Source: an uncultured Poribacteria bacterium (GTDB lineage Bacteria > Poribacteria > WGA-4E > WGA-3G). From it: a DNA stretch of 64,000 nucleotides. Positions 19,808 through 29,442 of this stretch are shown here, one piece after another (position 1 is the stretch's first letter; each line of letters begins with the position of its first letter). A program made the position numbers and the translations under genes. The notes under the pieces were generated by a model. The model was not told the DNA's origin. It ran no database searches and was given only the letters and a program-made list of their open reading frames with translations. The stretch lies in assembly GCA_958296135.2 (NCBI GenBank), contig CATQHZ020000001.1:4672001-4736000 (forward strand). Reading direction: 5' to 3'.

Positions 19808-20347
19808 CTACTCCTCTTCTGAACGTTCAACCCTCAACGTAACAGTGGCACTCGTTCGCTCATGTGCCACTTTCAAACGAACGGACTGGGAATCAATGTT
19901 GAGGGTAACGACATCAGCTCCAATCTTGCACCGAATTGCGTTTCCTCGCACGCCGGAACGGGTTTTCCATATCCCGCCAGACGCTTGCGCATAAGCAGCG
20001 AGAGCTGCCTCCATCGCCGCTGAGACAGTACCGTTGGCGTTGAGAACGCGCTGCGCGGCCTTAGCCGCTTCGTTTGCTGAGGCCGTTAACCGCGCCCGGT
20101 GTGTCTGCTCTGGTTCATCGTCAACAGCTCTGCTTTTTCGCAAACCGAAGTATACCAGCGTTGCGAGAAGTCCAAGAAACCCAGCGGTTATCAGCAGGAC
20201 GGTGCCGCGCAATTCGTGGCGGCGCGTCAGACTGTCAAAATCCTCGCGATGGTGCGGATAGAAGGCATCGTGCGCGGAAAGCGGCGCAGCCGCGCAGAAC
20301 AGCCCGACAAAAATAACCATAACTGTTTTGGAGTTTGGAGTGAGCAT
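19808..20347 (-). CDS. Hypothetical membrane protein
   Basis: Signal peptide plus one TM segment. Confidence 0.55.
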   Translation of the reverse strand: MLTPNSKTVMVIFVGLFCAAAPLSAHDAFYPHHREDFDSLTRRHELRGTVLLITAGFLGLLATLVYFGLRKSRAVDDEPEQTHRARLTASANEAAKAAQRVLNANGTVSAAMEAALAAYAQASGGIWKTRSGVRGNAIRCKIGADVVTLNIDSQSVRLKVAHERTSATVTLRVERSEEE

Positions 20348-20393
20348 GGTTTCAGTATAACGGGATGCGGGTAGAAAAATCAACGTCAAAAGG

Positions 20394-20565
20394 GAACAGG
20401 ATTTACAAGATTTCATAGATTACCAAGATTACGTATCACGTGTAATCAACGTTTCCTCGCAGGTTTGACATCCTCTTGGACAAGAACCTATTCGGAGGAA
20501 CAAGAAAACTTGACTACAGCAGCCACGTCATCCTGAAAATCCCTCTCATCCTGCAAATCCTGCTC
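20394..20565. repeat. ATCCTG-rich inverted-end element, copy 2
   Basis: GAACAGGATTTACAAGAT...CATCCTGCAAATCCTGCTC; core shared with 12057-12210. Confidence 0.6.
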
Positions 20566-20736
20566 CAAAACTTGACTTTAAATTGCAAATTTGATACAAT
20601 ACGTCTTGAGTTTACACCCCTTGGCCAAGCCCTGCAAGAAAAGACAACGTCTTTTCGGCCTGCTAAGTTGCAGCCTTGCCGCCAAGACAACGTCAGACTA
20701 CCGCTAGGAACAACAAAAAAGGAAGGAGGCACCCCT

Positions 20737-21414
20737 TTGAATCAGAGAGCACCTATTGAAGAACAAATTGATCTCCCTTTCGTTGAATCGCTGCGGATTA
20801 GTTTTCAAAGCCTGAAAATTCGTTTTGGGCGTTCAATTATCACAACCGCGGGGATTACGCTCGGCATCGCATTCCTCGTCTCCGTCTGGACGAACAACGA
20901 GATTAATCTCGCGCTACAGGAGAGCGGCCGGCAATCGCAAATTAACACTTTTGAAGAGACAACCCAACAAGGCATTTCCACAAAGGACATCTGGCTCATC
21001 ATCATGTCGCTCATCGTCTGTGTCGTCGGGATTGCGAACTCAATGCTGATGGCAGTTACTGAGCGGTTCCGCGAGATTGGGACGATGAAATGCCTCGGCG
21101 CGTTAGACGGATTCGTCGTCCGGCTGTTCTTGCTTGAGTCGGGATTCCAAGGGTTTTCAGGCGCGCTCATCGGCGCGCTCCTCGGCACACTCGGCGCGAT
21201 TATCTTGGGACTGAAAGACTATGGGTTGGATCTGTTCTTCTATTTCCCCTTGTTACCCGCGCAGCCGGAAGAGGGCGCGATGCAGCTCGGCGTGATAGTT
21301 GTCATCTTGCTCGGGTGCGTGCTCGGCATGATTTTAGCAGTCATCGGCTCGTCGTTCCCAGCGTGGCGCGCGGCAAAACTCCCGCCAGCAGAGGCGATGC
21401 GAACCGAGGTCTAG
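20737..21414 (+). CDS. FtsX-like ABC transporter permease (short)
   Basis: TTG start after GGAGG; VTERFREIGTMKCLGA, PAWRAAKLPPAEAMR. Confidence 0.85.
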   Translation: MNQRAPIEEQIDLPFVESLRISFQSLKIRFGRSIITTAGITLGIAFLVSVWTNNEINLALQESGRQSQINTFEETTQQGISTKDIWLIIMSLIVCVVGIANSMLMAVTERFREIGTMKCLGALDGFVVRLFLLESGFQGFSGALIGALLGTLGAIILGLKDYGLDLFFYFPLLPAQPEEGAMQLGVIVVILLGCVLGMILAVIGSSFPAWRAAKLPPAEAMRTEV

Positions 21415-21436
21415 GCGAACCTAAGAGGAGAAGACT

Positions 21437-22165
21437 ATGGCTGATATCGTTGTGAAAACAGAGGATGTCGTCAAAGAATATCGCATGGGCTCGAATGTGC
21501 TGCGTGCTTTAGACGGCATCAACATTGAGATTAACCGGGGGGAATACATTTCGCTGATGGGGCCCTCCGGCTCCGGCAAATCTACCCTCTTTAACATGAT
21601 CGGCGCGTTGGACCGGCCCACGGAGGGGCGTGTCTACATTGACGGACAGAACATGTCGCAACTCTCGCAACGGCAGATTGCGGCGTTTCGGTGCCACCGC
21701 GTCGGCTACATTTTTCAGAGTTATAACCTGTTACACGTGCGGAGCGCGCACGGGAACGTAACACTGCCGATGATTTTCGCCGGCATCCCCGAAAAAGAGC
21801 GCGACGAAAAGGCAGAAAAACTGCTGGACATGGTAGGGTTAGGCGACAGAATTTATCACCTGCCCGATGAACTCTCCGGTGGACAGCGGCAACGCGTCGC
21901 AATTGCGAGGGCCCTTGCCAATGACCCGAGCATTATCCTCGCCGATGAACCGACAGCAAACTTGGATACCATCACCGGCCGTGAAATCATCGATTTGATT
22001 AAACGGTTGAATAAGGAACAGGGGGTCACCGTCATTTCAGCAACGCACGATTTGAAGATGCTTGATGTCTCGGATCGGATTGTAGATATCCGCGATGGGT
22101 TGGTGGAGCGCATCCGTAACCGCGATGAGATTGAAATTGAGGTTGGTGAGGTGGGCGGAGAGTAG
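21437..22165 (+). CDS. ABC transporter ATP-binding protein (LolD/MacB-like)
   Basis: [24 protein letters not shown]. Confidence 0.95.
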   Translation: MADIVVKTEDVVKEYRMGSNVLRALDGINIEINRGEYISLMGPSGSGKSTLFNMIGALDRPTEGRVYIDGQNMSQLSQRQIAAFRCHRVGYIFQSYNLLHVRSAHGNVTLPMIFAGIPEKERDEKAEKLLDMVGLGDRIYHLPDELSGGQRQRVAIARALANDPSIILADEPTANLDTITGREIIDLIKRLNKEQGVTVISATHDLKMLDVSDRIVDIRDGLVERIRNRDEIEIEVGEVGGE

Positions 22166-22170
22166 TCTAA

Positions 22171-23766
22171 ATGGCGCGAAAAGCATCACGCAGGGTTAAG
22201 ACGTTACGTGGGTTTGTGGAATGGGCTGAACAGTTCACCGATGGAAAATATCTGTTTCGCGGTGTTTCCAAGCAGTTGTATAAACTGGAAGCGTCTGCCT
22301 ATCGCCGTCTCCCGGAAGGCGACAAACAGAAACCGCACGAGCTCTGCAAAGTCAATCGGGAATTGTTAGAAAGAGCGCGTCTTTTGGGACACGCTTTTCG
22401 GGATGGCCAGCAACGTTCCGACTTGGAGTTGCTGGCCGAACTACAGCACTTCGGCGCGGCGACATGCCTCATCGACTTCACACGGAATGCCTTCATCGCG
22501 CTCTGGTTTGCCTGCCAGCAGAGCACTAGTGGGGAGGCGGCAAACGGGAAAGTGTTTGCTGTTCGTGTTGACGAGCCGGTCCGCTTTAAGACGGTTACAC
22601 ACGAACTGCTAGCGGCCGAGGATATTGACTCCTTTTTCGCGGAGGATGACGAGGGTAGGTATCCACTCTATCAGTGGCAGCCCAAGCATCAGAACAACCG
22701 CATCATCGCGCAGCAATCTGTGTTCATCTTCGGGGGTGCCCAAATTGACATTGCGGCAGAATGCATCATTCTCAAAAGTAGCAAGCGCGAGCTCCTAGCG
22801 TCTCTGGAGAAATTATCGGGGATTAGCGAAGCGAGTTTGTTCCCCGATTTTGATGGATTTGCTCGCCTTAATGCTCAGAATAGGCAGTCGATTCAATCCG
22901 ATCCGGAATTCTATCTGCAGCGCGCCATTCAGGCGCACCAAGCGGAAAATCTGGATGATGCCCTTGGCTATTATACCTCAGTCATCTTGTTGGATTCGGA
23001 TAGTCTCACTCTTGCAAAGGCATACACTGGCCGAGGTCTGATTTACAGAAGCAAAGAAGAATTCGATCTCGCTATCACAAACTTCACCAAGGCAATTGAG
23101 CAAAACGCCAATGATGCTTACGCTTATAACAACCGTGGGCTTGCTTACGGTAGGAGAGCCGAAGTCTATGGTGACGCAGAAGATCGGGATCGCGCCGAAA
23201 AAGACATGGATTCCGCCATAAAAGACTACGACGAAGCAATAACCCTGAACGCCGATTTTCACGATGCCTATAACAATCGTGGGGCCGCTTACCTCTTCAA
23301 AGACGAGTTTGACCGGGCCATTGAAGACTGTAACAAGGCAGTAACCCTGAACGCCGATTTTCACGATGTCTACTACAATCGCGGTACTGCTTACCTCTTT
23401 AAAGACGAGTTTAACCGGGCCATTGAAGACTACGACGAAGCAATAACCCTGAACGCTGATTTTCACGATGCCTACTACAATCGAGCCACCGTCTATTCTT
23501 ATACCGGCGAATTTGAGTTGGCTATTGAGGACTACACGAAGGTAGTAGACTTGGATCCAGATGATGCCAACGCCTATTACAGCCGCGGCATCGTCCGGTT
23601 GCAACTGCAAAATTGGCAAGAGGCCAAAGCAGACCTAACCGCTGCGAAGCAAAGGGATATGGATATCATCGATGCATTTCTGACCGATCATGACAGTGTA
23701 GTCCACTTTGAGCAGGAACATGGTATTCAGTTACCGGTAGACATCGCTAAGTTGCTGATGGAGTAA
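22171..23766 (+). CDS. FRG domain - TPR repeat protein
   Basis: YLFRG, LQHFGAATCLIDFT, ALWFA, NNRIIAQQSVF, SLFPD; C-terminal TPRs. Confidence 0.85.
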   Translation: MARKASRRVKTLRGFVEWAEQFTDGKYLFRGVSKQLYKLEASAYRRLPEGDKQKPHELCKVNRELLERARLLGHAFRDGQQRSDLELLAELQHFGAATCLIDFTRNAFIALWFACQQSTSGEAANGKVFAVRVDEPVRFKTVTHELLAAEDIDSFFAEDDEGRYPLYQWQPKHQNNRIIAQQSVFIFGGAQIDIAAECIILKSSKRELLASLEKLSGISEASLFPDFDGFARLNAQNRQSIQSDPEFYLQRAIQAHQAENLDDALGYYTSVILLDSDSLTLAKAYTGRGLIYRSKEEFDLAITNFTKAIEQNANDAYAYNNRGLAYGRRAEVYGDAEDRDRAEKDMDSAIKDYDEAITLNADFHDAYNNRGAAYLFKDEFDRAIEDCNKAVTLNADFHDVYYNRGTAYLFKDEFNRAIEDYDEAITLNADFHDAYYNRATVYSYTGEFELAIEDYTKVVDLDPDDANAYYSRGIVRLQLQNWQEAKADLTAAKQRDMDIIDAFLTDHDSVVHFEQEHGIQLPVDIAKLLME

Positions 23767-23826
23767 TAAGCGTGCCATAATCACATGAAAGCAGAAATTT
23801 GACACTTCCGCGGTGCGAAAACCAGG

Positions 23827-23855
23827 TTGACATTTTGGTGGAAACTTGTTATCAT
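23827..23855 (+). promoter_or_regulatory. Sigma70 promoter
   Basis: TTGACA-17-TATCAT upstream of the 50-aa ORF. Confidence 0.7.
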
Positions 23856-23900
23856 ATCATCATAATACAACGTAACTTCTCTACAAGGAGATGCATCTAA

Positions 23901-24053
23901 ATGGCAAGCAAAAAGACCTTGACTTCCAAAGGCAACGCGGCTGCGAAAACCGGTAAATTCATGATTGTGAGGGAACCGAAGCGGAACAAAAACCCCTCGC
24001 GAGCTTCAACTGTCAGGGTAGTGACGAGCCCTAAGCCCGCGCGAAGTTCCTGA
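23901..24053 (+). CDS. Small basic protein (50 aa, below the ORF-track cut-off)
   Basis: AAGGAG RBS; MASKKTLTSKGNAAAKTGKFMIVREPKRNKNPSRASTVRVVTSPKPARSS. Confidence 0.55.
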   Translation: MASKKTLTSKGNAAAKTGKFMIVREPKRNKNPSRASTVRVVTSPKPARSS

Positions 24054-24125
24054 TATTCTGAACCGAAGTTGTTCCCTCAACACGCGATTCCCCCTGGCAT
24101 CGAAAACGCAACAGGGAGATAAACG

Positions 24126-24240
24126 ATGATCCGCATTATCGCGAACCCGGAGATTCTTGGCGGAAAACCGGTGATTGAAGGCACGCGCCTGAGCGGGGAG
24201 CACGTGTTGGGCTTGCTCGCCAACGGCATGTCACATCAAG
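24126..24240 (+). pseudogene. DUF433 antitoxin-like remnant truncated at the iolG 3' end
   Basis: RIIANPEILGGKPVIEGTRL...LANGMS, then runs into iolG antisense. Confidence 0.7.
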
Positions 24241-25264
24241 TATCAGACAATCGAACCGGACGATTTTCTCGCAGCGATTGCATCGCAGCGAAGCCCATCA
24301 CAACCGGCACGCGCCCATCTTCACCTGTCACTAACGGCGGAGTATCCTCCCGAATGCAAGTCAAAAACGCTTGCAATTCGGCGAGGAATGCCGGTTTGTA
24401 GCGTTCTACAAAAAAGTAGGGCGGCGATGCTGCACGCGTGCCTTTGCTCCCACTGAAAATGACGGTATCTGTCAACGGATTTGCCGCTGTCACCATGCCT
24501 TTTGAGCCGAAGACTTCCACACGCTGGTCATAGCCGTAAACAGCCTCTCGGCTATTGTCGATTGTCCCGATGATACCATTGCGGAACTTCAAGGTGATAA
24601 CAGCGGTGTCAATATCGCCTGCCTCTCCGATGCTCGGGTCAACGCGCACGCCACCGGTAGCATAGACTTCAGTTACCTCATCCCCGATGAGGTAGCGCGC
24701 CATATCAAAATCGTGGATAGTCATGTCCAAAAAGATGCCACCGGATACCTTGACATATTCAATCGGCGGTGGAGCCGGGTCGCGGCTGGTAATGCGCAGG
24801 ATGTGCGGCTCCCCAATTTCGCCAGAGGCGACAGCCTCCCGCACTCGCCGAAAACTCGTGTCAAACCTGCGATTAAAGCCTACCTGAAACTTAACGCCGC
24901 TCCTCTCCACGATAGCCAACGTCTCGTCAATCCGCGCCAAGTTGAAGGCAATAGGTTTCTCGCAAAAGATATGTTTCCCTGCTTCGGCGGCTTCTTGGCT
25001 AATTTGGACGTGCGTATCGGTAGAGGTGCAGACTAGCACTGCGTCAATCTGTGCATCGGTTAACAGGGTCGTGTAGTCGTTTGTCACTTTCGGCACATTG
25101 AACTGCGCGGCGAGGGTATCAATGCGTCCCCGTTCTAAACTGCAAATAGTGACAAGTTCCGCGTCCGGTATATCTTGAGCGAGGTGCTCAATGTGCAGTG
25201 TGCCGATGCGCCCTGCACCGATAACGCCGACGTTGATTTTAGAGGTGTTGTTCATCCGGCCCAT
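24236..25264 (-). CDS. iolG: Inositol 2-dehydrogenase
   Basis: GAGRIG, CEKP, GFNRRFD, SGGIFLDMTIHDFDMARY, YGYDQRVEVFGS. Confidence 0.9.
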   Translation of the reverse strand: MGRMNNTSKINVGVIGAGRIGTLHIEHLAQDIPDAELVTICSLERGRIDTLAAQFNVPKVTNDYTTLLTDAQIDAVLVCTSTDTHVQISQEAAEAGKHIFCEKPIAFNLARIDETLAIVERSGVKFQVGFNRRFDTSFRRVREAVASGEIGEPHILRITSRDPAPPPIEYVKVSGGIFLDMTIHDFDMARYLIGDEVTEVYATGGVRVDPSIGEAGDIDTAVITLKFRNGIIGTIDNSREAVYGYDQRVEVFGSKGMVTAANPLTDTVIFSGSKGTRAASPPYFFVERYKPAFLAELQAFLTCIREDTPPLVTGEDGRVPVVMGFAAMQSLRENRPVRLSDT

Positions 25265-25267
25265 CTC

Positions 25268-27292
25268 CTAATTCGCGCGCAGCACGTCGGTTTCAATGCT
25301 TTGGATGAGCCGATAGACGCGCCCTGCTTCTCGGTTTTTGTCCAGAAACGCCTGATAACTCCGATAGGCATCCTCAATGAGTTCATCGTAAAGGACAACG
25401 CGGACGTTTTGGACAGCCATCATCCGCTTGGATTGCTCTGCCTGTTCGGCATCTGTCCACTGCACGAGGGGTTTCCCGACGATGCAGACAACCTCCACCG
25501 GTTCGTTCTTTCCGGTCGCGCGAACCAGTTTTCGCAACGCATTGCTGTATTTATCGACCTGGGAGAGGAGTCCATACACATCCAGTACCCGATCGGCGCG
25601 CTTGAGTTCAATGATAACGTGCTTCCCCGAGGTCATTTTGTATTTGATGTCAAAGCGTCCCCGTTTCTCTTCGTCGGTGAGGTTCGCGTCAATCTTCGCA
25701 AATGCGGTTGTGACGTTTTGCTCCATCAACGGGGTTTCAGTAGCGCGATCCCACGAAGGATCAAGCAACCAGAGGTGCTCATAGAGATACTCCTGAATGA
25801 CTTTTTCCTTCTCGTTGTCTGCCACGTGTGTGTGCAGTACCTTGATAACCCGGAGCCGTTCTTGAACGATGCGATAATACAGCGATGCCTCAATATCGTC
25901 CAATGCAGCGAAAATCTGGGTAACCGCGTCCAGATTTTCGGGCGTTATCCGATCCAACGCCTCAAGTTCCCCTTTGTACCTGATATTCTCAAACGCTAAA
26001 ACGCACTGTTGATAGAGCCCAACTTTATCCTTTTTGTCTAAGGTGAGTTGGCCAATCTTCCCAAACAGCGATTCTGCTTGTCGTCTCTCGCCGCGGTCCA
26101 GCCCGCGCAACCATTCAGCAATGGCATGAATCTTCTTGGCTTCCTGGCCTCCTTGCTCCTTACGCAAAGCTGTCCATTGACTCTGGATGCGTTTGAGTTC
26201 ACTTCTAACCCACTTTTGAAGAGCGCGGTACCTCGGGTCATCTTTGATAATCTCTTGTCGGTTGCTGGTAGCGATGTCAGCTTCGCCATCCCGATCCAAA
26301 AAATCGGCATGGATTTCACCCATGAGGTATTTTGTGTAAAGCCCACCTTCGGAAAAATCCTCAAGGATGTCTTCCTGCGCGAGTTTACCGCGAACCATGA
26401 CAACAATCTTGTTGAGGTTGTCGCCACCGTCTTCCGCATTGAGGTCTCCGGATTTCCGGACAGTGCCAATCCAACCTGTTACGTTGTAGTTGTTAACTGA
26501 GTCAGCGTCGCCTTCGCCCGGTTCCTTGACGGTTCCATCTCTTTTTTCTGCGTGCTCAGGCTTCTCTAATCTGCAAAATTCCCGATATTTCTCACTACCA
26601 TCGCCGTAATGCCACAAATATTGGAGCTTGTGGAAGTAGTCTCGATCTTCAACGGTTACGCGCGTTCCATCAATCGCGACGTTAAAATTGTGTTCAGTTC
26701 CGATGATACTGAACCGCCGCGCTAAGCGTTTTCTCAGAGCTGTGGATGTCGTCTGGGAAACCCGCTTTTTTAAATCCGTCAGGACGATCTGCGTTCCGGC
26801 TTTATCAAGAGTTATCTCAGATTCATCCAGAGGCTCCGGGTGGTACGTATTCCCCTCTTGTTCAATTGCGGCTTTGATTTTCTCCACTGACATCACAAAA
26901 CCACTCTTTTCTCTCTCCTTCTCTCTGTCCTTAACTGTCTGAACTTCAACAGTTTCGGCAATTGAAAAGAGCGAAAGTTTGCCGATACCCTTGCGTCCCA
27001 TAACGGGGCGGTCATGCTCGCGAGTTCGGACCTGTTCGTTTTTGCGGCGTTCGTAGCCGACTTTGAGATATTTGTCGTTAATATCGGCTTCGCTCATGCC
27101 GTGCCCATCGTCGGTGATGAGGATCTTATCTTCCTCAATGACAATGTTGACGTTGACATTTGAGGCATCTGCATCCCAGGAATTCGCAACGACTTCCGAC
27201 AGCACAGCGGGGACATTGCTATAGAGATTGAGCCCGAGATGGTTGAGGACGTTGAGACTCATGCGCATCTCATACTTGTTGGGTTTACCCAT
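25268..27292 (-). CDS. GHKL ATPase - PD-(D/E)XK nuclease restriction enzyme (HgiDII/BbrUII-like)
   Basis: EVVANSWDA, DDGHGM, GRKGIGK, GT; C-terminal RFDI...IIELKR; overlaps MTase stop. Confidence 0.8.
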   Translation of the reverse strand: MGKPNKYEMRMSLNVLNHLGLNLYSNVPAVLSEVVANSWDADASNVNVNIVIEEDKILITDDGHGMSEADINDKYLKVGYERRKNEQVRTREHDRPVMGRKGIGKLSLFSIAETVEVQTVKDREKEREKSGFVMSVEKIKAAIEQEGNTYHPEPLDESEITLDKAGTQIVLTDLKKRVSQTTSTALRKRLARRFSIIGTEHNFNVAIDGTRVTVEDRDYFHKLQYLWHYGDGSEKYREFCRLEKPEHAEKRDGTVKEPGEGDADSVNNYNVTGWIGTVRKSGDLNAEDGGDNLNKIVVMVRGKLAQEDILEDFSEGGLYTKYLMGEIHADFLDRDGEADIATSNRQEIIKDDPRYRALQKWVRSELKRIQSQWTALRKEQGGQEAKKIHAIAEWLRGLDRGERRQAESLFGKIGQLTLDKKDKVGLYQQCVLAFENIRYKGELEALDRITPENLDAVTQIFAALDDIEASLYYRIVQERLRVIKVLHTHVADNEKEKVIQEYLYEHLWLLDPSWDRATETPLMEQNVTTAFAKIDANLTDEEKRGRFDIKYKMTSGKHVIIELKRADRVLDVYGLLSQVDKYSNALRKLVRATGKNEPVEVVCIVGKPLVQWTDAEQAEQSKRMMAVQNVRVVLYDELIEDAYRSYQAFLDKNREAGRVYRLIQSIETDVLRAN

Positions 27293-28439
27293 GGGTGTTC
27301 TCCTCCACATGTTTTTGAATGCTTTGCCCGATAACGGTTGCAAGTCTGACAGGTACCGCGTTCCCGATGTGAATACCTAATTGCGTGATTCTCACCGGAA
27401 CCCTCGGCTCAAGAAAGTCGTAATCTTCTGGGAATGTTTGCAGCAGCGCGCCTTCTCGGATTGAAAGTGCGCGGTCTTGCTCAGGATGCCCGAATCGTCC
27501 ACTACCGAAGTTATGAAACTGCGTTGTTATCGTCGGGCCGGGTTTATCCCATTCCATACGTCCATAAACCGAAGTGTAAGTTTCTCCCGACGGCTTTTGG
27601 TGGCATGGCGCGCGTAGCTGCACATCCCAATCTTTCCATGTGCCACCCGGTTTTGACTGCTTAATTCGTGCCTGATTCTTAGCCTTAAACCTTCTTGCGC
27701 GATGGAGCGAGTCGGTTTCAGACACTTCCCCGGCGGCGATTGGGGGCAAGTCATCTATGGTTTCCCGGACCGTCGGACAGGGGGGCAACCTTTCATAATC
27801 TTCTGTTTGTAGAAGCGATGTCTCGCCTGCGCAGCCCAATGTGGCGCGCAAATGCGTTTTCGGGATAAGCGAAATCTCTCCCAAAGTGGAAGCAAGCAGC
27901 ACGAGACGACGACGCTTTTGCGGAACGCCATAGTCGGGACAGTAGACCAGCACTTGATAAACGGAATACTTGAGAAATTTAAGTTTACCAATGAAATCGG
28001 CAAAAATGTCTTCCTTTCTGATAGGCGTGACATTCTCAAAGGCGACAATTTCGGGCCGGACTTCCTCAATTAAACGTCCGAAGTCGTTGAGTAAGCCCCA
28101 CTTATCATCTTGACGTTGGTCTTTGTGTTTCCGGTATTTCCGCGTATGCACTGAAAACGGCTGGCATGGCGCGCATCCAACGAGCAGTTTGACATCACCC
28201 GATGGGTATAGGGAAGAAAGTTCAGGTCCCTCAAATTTGCGAATATCTTTTTCAATAAACGTCGCCGCATTGTTTTTCTCAAAGGCATAACGGCACGTCG
28301 GGTCGACATCAAGGCCCGCGAGCACTTTTATGCCCGATTGCTGAAGTCCATGTGTCAGGCCACCAACGCCGCAAAACAGATCCACGGCGGATATGGAGAC
28401 GGATGTGTTCCGTTTTTGCAATGCGCTCATAGCGGTCAC
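27285..28439 (-). CDS. DNA (cytosine-5) methyltransferase
   Basis: DLFCGVGG, PCQPFS, ENV, QKRRR, IGNAVP; start may be ATG 28430. Confidence 0.95.
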   Translation of the reverse strand: MTAMSALQKRNTSVSISAVDLFCGVGGLTHGLQQSGIKVLAGLDVDPTCRYAFEKNNAATFIEKDIRKFEGPELSSLYPSGDVKLLVGCAPCQPFSVHTRKYRKHKDQRQDDKWGLLNDFGRLIEEVRPEIVAFENVTPIRKEDIFADFIGKLKFLKYSVYQVLVYCPDYGVPQKRRRLVLLASTLGEISLIPKTHLRATLGCAGETSLLQTEDYERLPPCPTVRETIDDLPPIAAGEVSETDSLHRARRFKAKNQARIKQSKPGGTWKDWDVQLRAPCHQKPSGETYTSVYGRMEWDKPGPTITTQFHNFGSGRFGHPEQDRALSIREGALLQTFPEDYDFLEPRVPVRITQLGIHIGNAVPVRLATVIGQSIQKHVEENTHG

Positions 28440-28483
28440 CGTTGACAGAATGTGCTAATTCAGGAGTCAATCCATAATCATTA

Positions 28484-28512
28484 ATTATAGCACAAAAAGC
28501 AAAAATTGTCAA
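28484..28512 (-). promoter_or_regulatory. Sigma70 promoter of the R-M cassette
   Basis: TTGACA-17-TATAAT on minus strand. Confidence 0.8.
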
Positions 28513-28539
28513 AAATTGTTTTTCAATCAACACAGCGCG

Positions 28540-29442
28540 CTAGAGGATAGAACGCAGATACGCCAAATTCCGCGCAGCACTCTCCCGAGGGCTACCCATC
28601 CCCGGCAACACATCCTGCTCCACAACGATCCAACCGTCGTAATTTTGCGCTCGCAACGCAGCGATGACAGCCGGAAAATCTACATCGCCTTGCCCAAGCT
28701 CGCAGAAAACCCCGGTGCCGACAGACGCAAAGTAATCCCACTCCTCTGCACGAGAACACGCCGCAATACCTGGATGGCAGTCTTTGAAATGGACATGCCA
28801 GATGCGTTCCGCATAACGAGCGTAGAGGTCCAGCGGATCTCCGCCGCCGAACCGATAATGTCCAGTATCAAAACATAAGCCGACTAGGTCCGGATCGGTG
28901 CTTTGCATCAGCCGGTCCACCTCCGCCGGTGTCTCTATGTAACCTGCGCAGTGTGGATGAAAAACGGTGCTGAGTCCGGTCTTCTCTTGCACTATCTCTG
29001 CGATATAATGCACGCCATGCACGAAAATCGCCCACTCCTCCGAGGTTAATCCGTGTTCAGGCCGGATCCGCCCGGCGTTGTGGGTGCGCAAGGCAGAGGT
29101 GCCGTTATCATCTGAAAGCACGATGAAGGGACCCCGCGGGTGATAGCCCTCAACTTGGGCTAACAGCCTCGCATACCGCAGGGCCTCCGCCGCGCCGTTG
29201 TCATGAAAACGTGGATCGGCGAGGGAAACCCCCACGAAGGCACCTAACAGTGACAACTCGCGCGCTTGGAGCTCGTCGTGCAAGCGCGCCGAATTCGTCG
29301 GCATAAACCCCCAGTCGCCTAATTCGGTGCCTGCGTAACCGATAGCTTGCATCTCGTCTAATACCTGCATGTAGCCGGGGGATTCACCGGCCAAATCAAA
29401 CTCAAGGACTCCCCATGAACAGGGAGCGTTCGCGATTTTCAT
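28540..29442 (-). CDS. iolE: Myo-inosose-2 dehydratase-like TIM barrel
   Basis: ANAPCSWG, GYAGTELG, FHPH, DTGH, HVHFKD, FCELGQG, VVEQD; iol context. Confidence 0.75.
   Translation of the reverse strand: MKIANAPCSWGVLEFDLAGESPGYMQVLDEMQAIGYAGTELGDWGFMPTNSARLHDELQARELSLLGAFVGVSLADPRFHDNGAAEALRYARLLAQVEGYHPRGPFIVLSDDNGTSALRTHNAGRIRPEHGLTSEEWAIFVHGVHYIAEIVQEKTGLSTVFHPHCAGYIETPAEVDRLMQSTDPDLVGLCFDTGHYRFGGGDPLDLYARYAERIWHVHFKDCHPGIAACSRAEEWDYFASVGTGVFCELGQGDVDFPAVIAALRAQNYDGWIVVEQDVLPGMGSPRESAARNLAYLRSIL

Noticed and set aside
20476-20736. Long N-terminus of the ABC permease
   Set aside because: Runs through repeats and a promoter (20572-20600); the RBS supports TTG 20737.
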